Positions 17,628 through 26,752 of a DNA stretch of 58,542 bases are shown here, piece after piece. Under the pieces are notes generated by a model, which had not been told where the DNA came from, searched no databases, and was given only the letters and a program-made list of their open reading frames with translations. This DNA is from Bacillales bacterium UBA3620 (GTDB taxonomy: Bacteria; Bacillota_I; Bacilli_A; RF39; UBA660), in the NCBI GenBank assembly GCA_002375205.1, contig DFLL01000017.1, positions 474 to 59,015 of the forward strand, read 5' to 3'. Each line of letters opens with the position of its first letter. The stretch's first letter is position 1. The position numbers and the translations under genes are program-made.

Positions 17628-20567
17628 TTACTTATTATTTATATCTTCTAATTTAACTGATACAATCTTACTAACACCAGACTCCTGCATTGTAATACCA
17701 TATAAAATATTTGCATACTCCATTGTTTTCTTTTTATGAGTAATAATAATAAACTGGGTATCTTTATATTTTTCTAAGTATTTACCAAATGCTTCAACAT
17801 TAGCATCATCTAAAGCTGCCTCTACCTCATCAAATAAACAAAATGGTACTGGTCTAATATTTAATATAGCAAATAATAAACTAATTGCTGTAAAAGTTTT
17901 TTCTCCACCCGATAAAAGACTAATACTTTGAAGTTTTTTACCAGGAGGTTCTGCTTTTATTTCAATACCAGTCTCTAATATATTACTAGGGTCTGTTAGA
18001 ATTAGTTCTGCTCTTCCGCCTCTAAATAATTCTCGATATACTTTTTTAAATTCTTCTCTTACCTTTTCAAAAGTAGTAAGAAGTTTTTCCTTCATAATAC
18101 CATCCATCTCATTAATAATATCATATAAAGTATTCTCAGCATTAATTAAATCTTCCTTCTGATTAGTTAGAAAATCAAATCTTGCCTTAGCTTTGTCATA
18201 TTCTTCTGGTGCATCAAGATTAACATTACCAATATATTCAATTTCCTTCTTAAGTCTTACCACTTCATCTCTAGCGGTACTCATTTCCATATCTAAAGAA
18301 TAATTATCTTTAGCAAAATCATAAGTCATATTATAATTTTCATTAAGATTATTAAGTAAATTATCAAGAGATACATCCGCTCTATTAATTTTAATATTTA
18401 AATTACTTAATTCTTTTTCTTTCTTATTAATATAACTATTACTACTTCTAGAAATCTCTTCTAATTCATTAATATTATTATTAATATTATCTTCTTCTAC
18501 TTTAAGTATCGATATTTCTTTATTAATATTAGATATATCTTCTCTTACTTTAGATAATTTAGATAAAGATTCATCTTCTAGAGACTCGTTATTCGTAATA
18601 CTATCTAAATCTTTTAATTCATTTTCTTTTTCTATCTTATTCTTAATATTATTATTAATTGTTTCATCTATTGAATAAATCTTTGTCTCAATATTGGTCT
18701 TTTCATTTTGATTACTATATAATTCACTATTTTTAATATTAATATCTTTATCAATACTATTCATATCATTAAGTAAATTCTTATTCTTTTCTTCTAATAA
18801 TTTTTTCTTCTTTTGTATCTCTTCTAATTCATACTTTAATGATAAAACATTTTGTGATTTAGTAATAGATCCACCAGTAAGAGAGCCTCCAACATTTACT
18901 ACTTGTCCATCTAATGTTACTATCTTATATCTTTTGTTTATCTTATCACTAATAATATTTGCATTATCAATATTATCACAAATAATCACATTACCAAGTA
19001 CATTAGATATAATATTTGTATATATACTATCATAAGTAGTAAGAGAACTTGCTATGCCAATATAACCTTCCATATTATTTAAAATACTAAGTACATCATC
19101 AGTAATATATTTACCAGTAATTTTATCAATTGGATAAAAAGTAGCTCTACCTAAATTATTATTCTTTAAATAATAAATAAGTTCTTTAGCAGTACTAGAA
19201 GTATCTACGACTAAGTATGAAGATGCTCCCCCTAGAGCTATGTTAATCGCTGTATTATATCCACTTTCAGTATCAATAAGAGAGCCAATAACATTATGTA
19301 CTCCATTAAATTTAGGATTATCCAAAATACTTTTAATCTGTTTAGGAATTGTACTATTATTAGATATAGCATTATCTAAATATTCTTCCCTGTATTTAAA
19401 ACTATCTATCTCTCTATTATTTTTAATAATCTGATTATTAAGATTATTCTTCTTAGTACTAAGTTCATTTACTTTATCAGTAATACTCTTAATACTAGAA
19501 GTTATTACTTCTAATTTTTTATTATATACTTCTTTCTCATTATTTAAATTATTAATAACGGTATCAATATTAATAATATCTTCTTTTAAAGAAATAATAT
19601 TATTACTAATCTTACCAATTTCATCTTTATATTTATTTCTTTCTTCATATAACTTAATATCTGAAGTAATTTCTTGTTCTTTCTTAGATAATTCTAATAA
19701 TAATTCTTGTTTACTATTAATATCGTCTCTTACTTTCTTTACTTTATCTTTATATTTAAGTATATCGACATCATAAGAACTATTATTAGAAGACAGTTCT
19801 GCTAGTTCATCTTCAAGAGTTTTAGCTTTATTCTTATCTTCTTGGTAGATAAAATTTAAATCCGTAATCATTTTAACAAGTAAAGCAATTTCAATATTAG
19901 ATAATTTAGTTTTAATCTCTGCATACTTCTTAGCTTTATTAGAAGCTTCTTCAAGAGGAATAATATTATTATTAAGTTCATTAATAATATCACTTACTCT
20001 ATTTAAATTTTGATTAGTTTTTTCTAATTTTCTTAAAGCTTCTTCTTTTCTTCTTTTATATTTAAGTACCCCAGCAGCTTCTTCAAATATTACTCTTCTG
20101 TCTTCTGGTTTATTAGATAGTATTTCATCTATTTTACCTTGGCTTATAATATTAAAGCTTTCTTTAGCAGTACCAGAGTCTGCTAGTAACTCGGTAATAT
20201 CTTTTAATCTTACTCTTTCATTATTTATATAATATTCATTTTCACCACTACGATAAGCAACTCTCTTTATAGATACTTCACTAAAATCTATAGGAAGTGT
20301 TTTATCCTCATTATCAAATACCAAAGTAACAGAAGCCGAATTTAAAGCTTTTCTACTTTCACTACCAGAGAATATTACATCACTAGAGGAGTCTCCCCTC
20401 AAAGACTTCATCGATTGTTCTCCTAATACCCACCTAACAGCATCTACGATATTAGATTTACCGGATCCATTAGGTCCTACTACACCATTAATATTTTTAC
20501 CAAAACTAATTGTTACTTTATCTGCAAAAGATTTAAATCCATATGTTCTTATTTCTTTTAAGTACAT
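17628..20567 (-). CDS. smc: Chromosome segregation protein SMC (short-arm, 979 aa)
   Basis: GFKSF, GPNGSGKSN, hinge G....G...GG, LSGGEK and FDEVEAALD. Confidence 0.97.
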   Translation of the reverse strand: MYLKEIRTYGFKSFADKVTISFGKNINGVVGPNGSGKSNIVDAVRWVLGEQSMKSLRGDSSSDVIFSGSESRKALNSASVTLVFDNEDKTLPIDFSEVSIKRVAYRSGENEYYINNERVRLKDITELLADSGTAKESFNIISQGKIDEILSNKPEDRRVIFEEAAGVLKYKRRKEEALRKLEKTNQNLNRVSDIINELNNNIIPLEEASNKAKKYAEIKTKLSNIEIALLVKMITDLNFIYQEDKNKAKTLEDELAELSSNNSSYDVDILKYKDKVKKVRDDINSKQELLLELSKKEQEITSDIKLYEERNKYKDEIGKISNNIISLKEDIINIDTVINNLNNEKEVYNKKLEVITSSIKSITDKVNELSTKKNNLNNQIIKNNREIDSFKYREEYLDNAISNNSTIPKQIKSILDNPKFNGVHNVIGSLIDTESGYNTAINIALGGASSYLVVDTSSTAKELIYYLKNNNLGRATFYPIDKITGKYITDDVLSILNNMEGYIGIASSLTTYDSIYTNIISNVLGNVIICDNIDNANIISDKINKRYKIVTLDGQVVNVGGSLTGGSITKSQNVLSLKYELEEIQKKKKLLEEKNKNLLNDMNSIDKDINIKNSELYSNQNEKTNIETKIYSIDETINNNIKNKIEKENELKDLDSITNNESLEDESLSKLSKVREDISNINKEISILKVEEDNINNNINELEEISRSSNSYINKKEKELSNLNIKINRADVSLDNLLNNLNENYNMTYDFAKDNYSLDMEMSTARDEVVRLKKEIEYIGNVNLDAPEEYDKAKARFDFLTNQKEDLINAENTLYDIINEMDGIMKEKLLTTFEKVREEFKKVYRELFRGGRAELILTDPSNILETGIEIKAEPPGKKLQSISLLSGGEKTFTAISLLFAILNIRPVPFCLFDEVEAALDDANVEAFGKYLEKYKDTQFIIITHKKKTMEYANILYGITMQESGVSKIVSVKLEDINNK

Positions 20568-20792
20568 TTTTTCACATCCTACTACCTAATTTTACTATAT
20601 TTTTTAAGGAATATCAAGGTATTAAACATCATAAAAACTAGTAAATTATCTTTTAAATAAATCAATAGCTAACAATATATTCATGAAACAATAAATACTC
20701 CAATCTAATTAATAATATTTATTTCAAATAATATTCACAAATACTTTTTTCTAACATTATTCTATTTGATTCCCTCATATAAACCCTTAAAA

Positions 20793-20813
20793 GAGAAGCA
20801 AATTTTGCTTCTC
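20793..20813 (-). terminator. Terminator closing the mraZ-pbp operon
   Basis: GAGAAGCAAA-t-TTTGCTTCTC followed by TTTT on the minus strand. Confidence 0.65.
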
Positions 20814-20852
20814 CATAATATATACTTAATAATTTAGAATAATTCAATAACA

Positions 20853-20957
20853 TTACTTAATAATAGCATTGCCCAAATATACTCCTAGTACAGCACATAT
20901 TAGCATTATTAATATTGTATATATCAACTTTGATCTTTCATTTGTTTCTTCATTCAT
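20853..20957 (-). CDS. Unannotated 34-aa single-pass membrane protein
   Basis: RBS GAGGTGG overlapping the pbp stop; MNEETNERSKLIYTILIMLICAVLGVYLGNAIIK; followed by a terminator. Confidence 0.65.
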   Translation of the reverse strand: MNEETNERSKLIYTILIMLICAVLGVYLGNAIIK

Positions 20958-20967
20958 GATTACCACC

Positions 20968-23136
20968 TCAATACTTTGATTTAAATTTTACTTCTAATGA
21001 AGTATCAACAATACTACCAGGTTCAATATTCTGTTCGTAAACATAGCCATTACCAAAAGTAGTATATTCTATATCCATTAATTTTAGTATATTGTTAGCT
21101 TCTTTATAAGATAAACCAATTAAGTTAGGCATAATATTATCAAGCCGATTAGTTTTAAGAATTACTAAATCATCTTCATAAATAGTAGTACTACTTTTAG
21201 GATATTGATCTATTATCCTATCACCATCACCAAGTACCATAACTCTAATATTTTTAGATTCTAATAAATTCTTTATATCAATAACATTTTTATTATAATA
21301 TGCTTCTATTAATACTTCTTCTTTATCCTTAACTTTTTCCGTAATATTTAAATATTTAGTAATATTTTGTTCCACTTCTCTTATCATCGGAGCTATATAA
21401 TTATATCCATCTTTTGGTCTTCTGACAGCGGCATATAAAATAATTTCAGGGTCATTTCCGGGAAACATTCCCGAAAATGAATAAATATAATCAGAATTAC
21501 CCATCATATATTTTCCCTTTTTATAATCAAATATTTGGGCAGTACCAGTCTTACCAATCAAATCATAACCATCCATATAATACGCATAACCAGTAGCAAT
21601 ACTGCTATCTCCATTAATAACACTTCTCATTAATTCTTTAATTTTATTAATAGTATCTGAACTTGCAACAGTTCCCAAAGAAGTTTTTTTACCAGTAAAT
21701 ATTTCTTCTTTAGTATCACTATCTACTATTTTATCTATAACATATGGTTTTAACATTTCACCATTATTAGCAATCGAAGTAAGAGCCTTAATATGTTGTA
21801 TAGGAGTAGTATTAATACCTTGTCCATATCCAGCAGTAGCAGTTTCTACTTGATATTTAAAATCAATATCACCCTTTTCTTCTCTTTCTAGGGTAAATCC
21901 TGTACTGCTACCAAAACCATATTTTTCGTAGCAGGCTTTTAATTCATTTCTGTTAATGGTAGTTTCAACTAAATTAGCTACCGCTATATTAGAAGACAAA
22001 GCAAAACCTTTATCATAACTAATCCTTCCCCATCCTTTTTTATTCCAATCGCTAATAGTAACAGTACTATCATCAATCTCTGAAGTATAAGTTTTACTAC
22101 CAGATTCATAAGTATCATCACCACGATATCTACCAGAATCAATAGCACACATATAACTAAATATCTTCATTGTCGAACCCGGTTCATAAGAATACCCCAC
22201 TAAAGGGTCAATATATGAAGTCATATTCCTAATATTTGGATCAAAAGAAGGAGTACTAGAGTATCCAAGTATAGCACCAGTCTTAGCGTCAGCTACTATT
22301 AAGAGTACCCACTCTGCATCAGATTCTTCTTGAGCCTTTTTAACAGCATTCTCCGCAAATAATTCAATATTAGAATCAATAGTTAAATATATATCACTGC
22401 CATTTTTCGCAGGTTCTACATATTCTCGACCATTAGCAATCTTATAACCATACTTGTCTTTTTCATATGTAACATAACCTAGTTTACCTGATAACATATC
22501 ATCATAATACTCTTCTATACCAAGTTCCCCAATTATTCTATTAATACCATCTATATCCTTATTAATAGTATAACCAAGTATATATGAAGCAAAATCTCCG
22601 TTAGGATAATATCTCTTAATATCCTTAATAAAATCTATCCCTTGGATATTAAGGCTTTCTATTTCTTCTTTCGTTATTTCCGTAATGCCCTTACCAATAT
22701 TACCAAATTCAACTTGATATTTATTATTATCTTTACCATTTTGTAATATTTTCTTAATCTCGTCGGCATCTGCATTTAACATTTTTGCCAATTTAATACT
22801 TGTACCATCAATATCCTCAACATAATTTTTATTACCTTTAGCATCAACTCTTTTTTCCGATAGATAAGCAAGAAGTGTATAGCTAGATACATCAACTGCT
22901 AAAGTCTCCCCATCTTTATCATAAATAGTACCCCTCGTAGGTATCAAAACCTCTTCCTCAGTATTCCTATTTTTAATAAATAAACTTATTTTTGAATCTC
23001 CTACTTTATAATCTACTAAGCAAAGATAACAAAGTCTTACCATTAAAACAACAAATAAAAAAAAGGTAACAAAAATAACAATATTACTCACATGAAATCT
23101 ATCATTATTTTTATTAACCTTCTTCATATTAATCAC
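20968..23136 (-). CDS. pbpB: Class B penicillin-binding protein (PbpB/FtsI-like) with two PASTA domains
   Basis: RG.IYD, EPGSTMK (SxxK), SSN (SxN) and KTGTAQ; lies after ftsL. Confidence 0.9.
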   Translation of the reverse strand: MINMKKVNKNNDRFHVSNIVIFVTFFLFVVLMVRLCYLCLVDYKVGDSKISLFIKNRNTEEEVLIPTRGTIYDKDGETLAVDVSSYTLLAYLSEKRVDAKGNKNYVEDIDGTSIKLAKMLNADADEIKKILQNGKDNNKYQVEFGNIGKGITEITKEEIESLNIQGIDFIKDIKRYYPNGDFASYILGYTINKDIDGINRIIGELGIEEYYDDMLSGKLGYVTYEKDKYGYKIANGREYVEPAKNGSDIYLTIDSNIELFAENAVKKAQEESDAEWVLLIVADAKTGAILGYSSTPSFDPNIRNMTSYIDPLVGYSYEPGSTMKIFSYMCAIDSGRYRGDDTYESGSKTYTSEIDDSTVTISDWNKKGWGRISYDKGFALSSNIAVANLVETTINRNELKACYEKYGFGSSTGFTLEREEKGDIDFKYQVETATAGYGQGINTTPIQHIKALTSIANNGEMLKPYVIDKIVDSDTKEEIFTGKKTSLGTVASSDTINKIKELMRSVINGDSSIATGYAYYMDGYDLIGKTGTAQIFDYKKGKYMMGNSDYIYSFSGMFPGNDPEIILYAAVRRPKDGYNYIAPMIREVEQNITKYLNITEKVKDKEEVLIEAYYNKNVIDIKNLLESKNIRVMVLGDGDRIIDQYPKSSTTIYEDDLVILKTNRLDNIMPNLIGLSYKEANNILKLMDIEYTTFGNGYVYEQNIEPGSIVDTSLEVKFKSKY

Positions 23137-23137
23137 C

Positions 23138-23425
23138 TTATTCTACTGTCAATATATTTTCATTATTATATGATAAGCCCAAATTTCTACTTACAATCTG
23201 AATATTCTCTAAAGAAGCCATTTCATTTATTTTCATTGCTAAACTCTCATTAGTATTTTCTTGCACTTCAACCTTTTCATTCATCCTTTGAAGTTCAATA
23301 TTCATCTTAGACACTGTTGCACTAGTAAAGACAATTCCCACTAGTAAAAGTATCATCATAAAAATACTACTCTTACATATAAATCTTTCTAATTTCGTAA
23401 GTCCCTTCTTTTTCTTTTTTTTCAT
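23138..23425 (-). CDS. ftsL: Cell division protein FtsL
   Basis: Basic N-terminus, TM helix and coiled coil; lies between rsmH and pbp. Confidence 0.85.
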   Translation of the reverse strand: MKKKKKKGLTKLERFICKSSIFMMILLLVGIVFTSATVSKMNIELQRMNEKVEVQENTNESLAMKINEMASLENIQIVSRNLGLSYNNENILTVE

Positions 23426-23429
23426 ATTA

Positions 23430-24368
23430 TCATTCCTTTATTCTTTCAATAACTCTAAGTCTCGAAGACCTAGCTCTATTATTCTCTTCTAGTTCTTCTC
23501 TACTAGGAGTAATATTAGCTATAAGTTTATATTTAGGTTCTAATCCTTCTGGTATAAATGGTAATTTAGATAAATTACCATCTACCTTTGAGTACTTATT
23601 AAATATATCTTTAACTATTCTATCTTCTAACGAATGGAAAGTAATAACTGATATTCTTCCACCTACTTTAAGCATTGAAATAGCATCTTCTAATGCTATC
23701 TTAAGAACCTCAAGTTCATTATTAACTTCAATTCTAATAGCTTGAAAAGACTTTCTTGCTGGATGAGAATCCTTCATTGCCTTAAATGGCATACTCTTCT
23801 TTATTACTTCTACTAATTCTAAAGTAGTTCTAATAGGTTTAATACTTCTTTCTTTAATAATATTTTTAGCAATACTAGTAGCATATTTTTCTTCGCCATA
23901 ATCTCTAAGTACTCTAACAAGTTCCTCATAAGAATACTCATTAACAACATTATAAGCCGAAAAATCTTTACTAGTATCCATTCTCATATCAAGAGGAGCA
24001 TCATTATGATAACTAAATCCTCTTTCTGCAATATCAAGTTGCGGAGAACTAACACCTAAGTCAAAGACAATACCATCTATCTCACTAATATTTCTTTTAT
24101 TTAATTCTTCTTTTAAATTAGCAAAATTAGACTTAATTATTTCATAATTATCACTAATCTCGCTTAGTTTCTTTTCACTATAATCAATTGCCATATCATC
24201 TTGATCAAAGGCGAAAAGAAAGCCCCTTTTTATTCTTTTCAAAATTAAACCACTATGTCCCCCAAAGCCAAGTGTAGCATCAACATATATACCATCTATT
24301 TTAATATTTAGATTATCAATTGCTTCATTTAAAAGTACTGTCTTATGCATCAATATCAAATCCTTCAA
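23430..24368 (-). CDS. rsmH: 16S rRNA m4C1402 methyltransferase
   Basis: H..VLL.E, DATLG.GGHS, DLGVSSPQLD and ITFHSLEDR. Confidence 0.97.
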   Translation of the reverse strand: MKDLILMHKTVLLNEAIDNLNIKIDGIYVDATLGFGGHSGLILKRIKRGFLFAFDQDDMAIDYSEKKLSEISDNYEIIKSNFANLKEELNKRNISEIDGIVFDLGVSSPQLDIAERGFSYHNDAPLDMRMDTSKDFSAYNVVNEYSYEELVRVLRDYGEEKYATSIAKNIIKERSIKPIRTTLELVEVIKKSMPFKAMKDSHPARKSFQAIRIEVNNELEVLKIALEDAISMLKVGGRISVITFHSLEDRIVKDIFNKYSKVDGNLSKLPFIPEGLEPKYKLIANITPSREELEENNRARSSRLRVIERIKE

Positions 24369-24795
24369 ACAAGTTTTCTGCTACCCCTTCAATAGCAGAA
24401 GTATTTTCTTCGATTAGTGCATCAAATTTATCACTTGCCCACACTTCTAGGCGATCATTAACCCCAATAATCGTACATTCTTTTTGAATATTAGCATAGT
24501 TAATAAGATTTGATGGTATATTAATTCTACCTTGCTTATCAAATTCACATACAGTAGCGCTAGATAAAAAGAATCTATTAAAAGTTCGTGCATCTTTTTT
24601 AGTAAATGGAAGTGTTTGTAATTTAGTGACAATCTTTTCCCATTGACCCTTAGAATAAATAAATAAGCATCCATCTAGTCCACGAGTAACAATAAACTCT
24701 TTACCAATTTCATCTCTAAACTTAGAAGGTATAATTAATCTTCCCTTTTCATCAATATTATGATGATATTCTCCAATTAACATATTATCCCCCAC
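24343..24795 (-). CDS. mraZ: Transcriptional regulator MraZ (likely start ATG 24783)
   Basis: GEY.H.ID.KGR..IP.KFR and DKQGRI.IP. Confidence 0.96.
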   Translation of the reverse strand: MGDNMLIGEYHHNIDEKGRLIIPSKFRDEIGKEFIVTRGLDGCLFIYSKGQWEKIVTKLQTLPFTKKDARTFNRFFLSSATVCEFDKQGRINIPSNLINYANIQKECTIIGVNDRLEVWASDKFDALIEENTSAIEGVAENLFEGFDIDA

Positions 24796-24818
24796 TTTCT
24801 CCCATTTAGTGCCACTCT
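24789..24818 (-). promoter_or_regulatory. MraZ-binding direct repeats
   Basis: Minus strand AGAGTGGCAC-TAAATGGGAG-AAAGTGGGGG: three RTGG boxes at a 10-bp period, just downstream of a TTTACA-17-TAGAAT promoter. Confidence 0.75.
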
Positions 24819-24938
24819 ATGATTATATTCTACTATAAAAGTTTTACTTTGTAAATATCTTTTCTCTAATTTGACAAATTAAGTGTAAAGAAAAAAGAAG
24901 ATTTATTTATTCATCTTCTTCATATCTTATATAATATA

Positions 24939-25316
24939 CTAATTTCTAGTTCTAAGCCTACGCTTTATTTCTTCTCTTTGTTCATTATTTAATACACCAT
25001 CTAAAGCATTTTCAATTTCTTTTAAATCAAAGTTTCGTTTTTTGAGAGTGCTAGAATCTTCTTGATCTTTTTCCCAATAAAAACTACGCTCTGGTTTAAT
25101 TGGTACTCTTCTAGGAGCATGTGAATCAACTCTATCAAGTACGTCCTACAAATCCGGGCGATAACATGATTCCTCAAGACTTGGATTTTTCTTCATAGAA
25201 CAGGCTACAACACCAGGCATATCATCAAAATTACAAAAATATGAAAAACCCAATGGGCAATTATCTCCTGTGTCCAGTGGCATACTAATTTGTTGTTCAT
25301 CTAGATTTTTATACAT
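24939..25316 (-). pseudogene. Cys-containing hypothetical gene interrupted by an in-frame TAG
   Basis: RBS GAGGAGG and ATG at 25316; TAG at 25148-25146; the same frame stays open for 68 more codons to KRRLRTRN* at 24939. Confidence 0.6.
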
Positions 25317-25442
25317 TATATATTTCCTCCTCTCATCATTTAGTTTATTATACCATTTATTATAATAATGCACAAGGTTATAATTATATTTTCCAGAATA
25401 AACTCATGAGTTTTTGAACTTATGTGTTATCATTTATTATAC

Positions 25443-26681
25443 TTATTCTTCTTTCCTCTTTATTTTTTTCTTACTTTTCTTAATAATATTATCAAATAAC
25501 ACAGTAATAAAATGATATTTACCATAATTAGGATGATGTTTAATAGCAGCTATTACTCTTTCATCTTCAGTTAATTCATAATATGTTTCAATTAGTATAG
25601 ATTTAATAGTGTTATCATAGTCAGTGCCAAAATTATTTGCCATCTCATTATCAGTATACATAAATATTTCATCTATCAAATAAAATATTTCTTTTTCAAT
25701 AAAAGAATAATCTTCATTATAATTAATATAATTTTTTCTATTATTCATAAATAAATAACCATTAAAATTATTATCATCTTGATATAACATATCTAGTGCA
25801 TACATAAGTCTATATTTAACATATATTAAATCATCATCTGTACAATCATATTCTTTTTTATTAGTTCTATTATTAATAACATCTATCACTTTATTATAAA
25901 ATAATTCTTTAGTCTTTCCCTCATCAGTATTATATTTGCTTTCTTTATAAAAAGATTCCGATAAAACAAATTCTTTATCATCATCAACAAAAAATAATGT
26001 TCTAAGAAAAGGATCTTCTTTCATAACTAATTTTAATTCTTCATTTTCTATCTTCAATGCAAGAGTATCAGTACCAAGTAAGTCTTTTCTTTCTATTGAA
26101 TATCTATATAAATTATTATAATCCTGTAAAGATAAATTATTTTTCATTTGACTAAATAAAAACTTTCTCTTAATAATATTCTTCTTTAAATTATTTAAAA
26201 CACTATTTGTTAATTTATCTTTATATCTTTCAATTTCAGCTAAATTAGCATAATCCTTAATAATATTCTTTTCTAATTCTGCAGCCTTTTCATATAATTT
26301 TATTTCAACTTCAATACCTATCATTTTATATACTCGTACATTAAAATCATAGAACTTATCGATAACTTTTATTAAATTTTCATCGTGTTCACAAGATGCA
26401 TTTTCCAGTAGACTATCAATAGTTCCTATCTTAGCATATGATGACAAAGTAATCACACCATCTTCATTAAACAAAAATTCAGCATATTTATCAAAAATAA
26501 TCTCTAACTCATAATCCAAATCAAAATTCTCAATTAAAGAATCCTTTACCTCTTCAGATAGTGGTGCTTCCTCTAGAAATTCACCAATTGCTTTAGCTAA
26601 TTGTACTTTTGTTATAACTGTTTCCTTATTATGTTCCTTTAATAATTTCATTATTGTAAATAAAGTATAATTTACTGGCAT
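25443..26681 (-). CDS. Hypothetical helical protein
   Basis: 412-aa ORF with RBS GAGGAG and a basic C-terminus KKSKKKIKRKEE. Confidence 0.7.
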   Translation of the reverse strand: MPVNYTLFTIMKLLKEHNKETVITKVQLAKAIGEFLEEAPLSEEVKDSLIENFDLDYELEIIFDKYAEFLFNEDGVITLSSYAKIGTIDSLLENASCEHDENLIKVIDKFYDFNVRVYKMIGIEVEIKLYEKAAELEKNIIKDYANLAEIERYKDKLTNSVLNNLKKNIIKRKFLFSQMKNNLSLQDYNNLYRYSIERKDLLGTDTLALKIENEELKLVMKEDPFLRTLFFVDDDKEFVLSESFYKESKYNTDEGKTKELFYNKVIDVINNRTNKKEYDCTDDDLIYVKYRLMYALDMLYQDDNNFNGYLFMNNRKNYINYNEDYSFIEKEIFYLIDEIFMYTDNEMANNFGTDYDNTIKSILIETYYELTEDERVIAAIKHHPNYGKYHFITVLFDNIIKKSKKKIKRKEE

Positions 26682-26752
26682 AATCCGTCTCCTCTAATGA
26701 TATATATAATATCACAATTAAAATTCAATATCAAGAAAAAAAACATATATTT

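Noticed and set aside
20719..20778. 19-codon ORF (MRESNRIMLEKSICEYYLK) upstream of smc
   Set aside because: Weak RBS, very short, and no supporting features.
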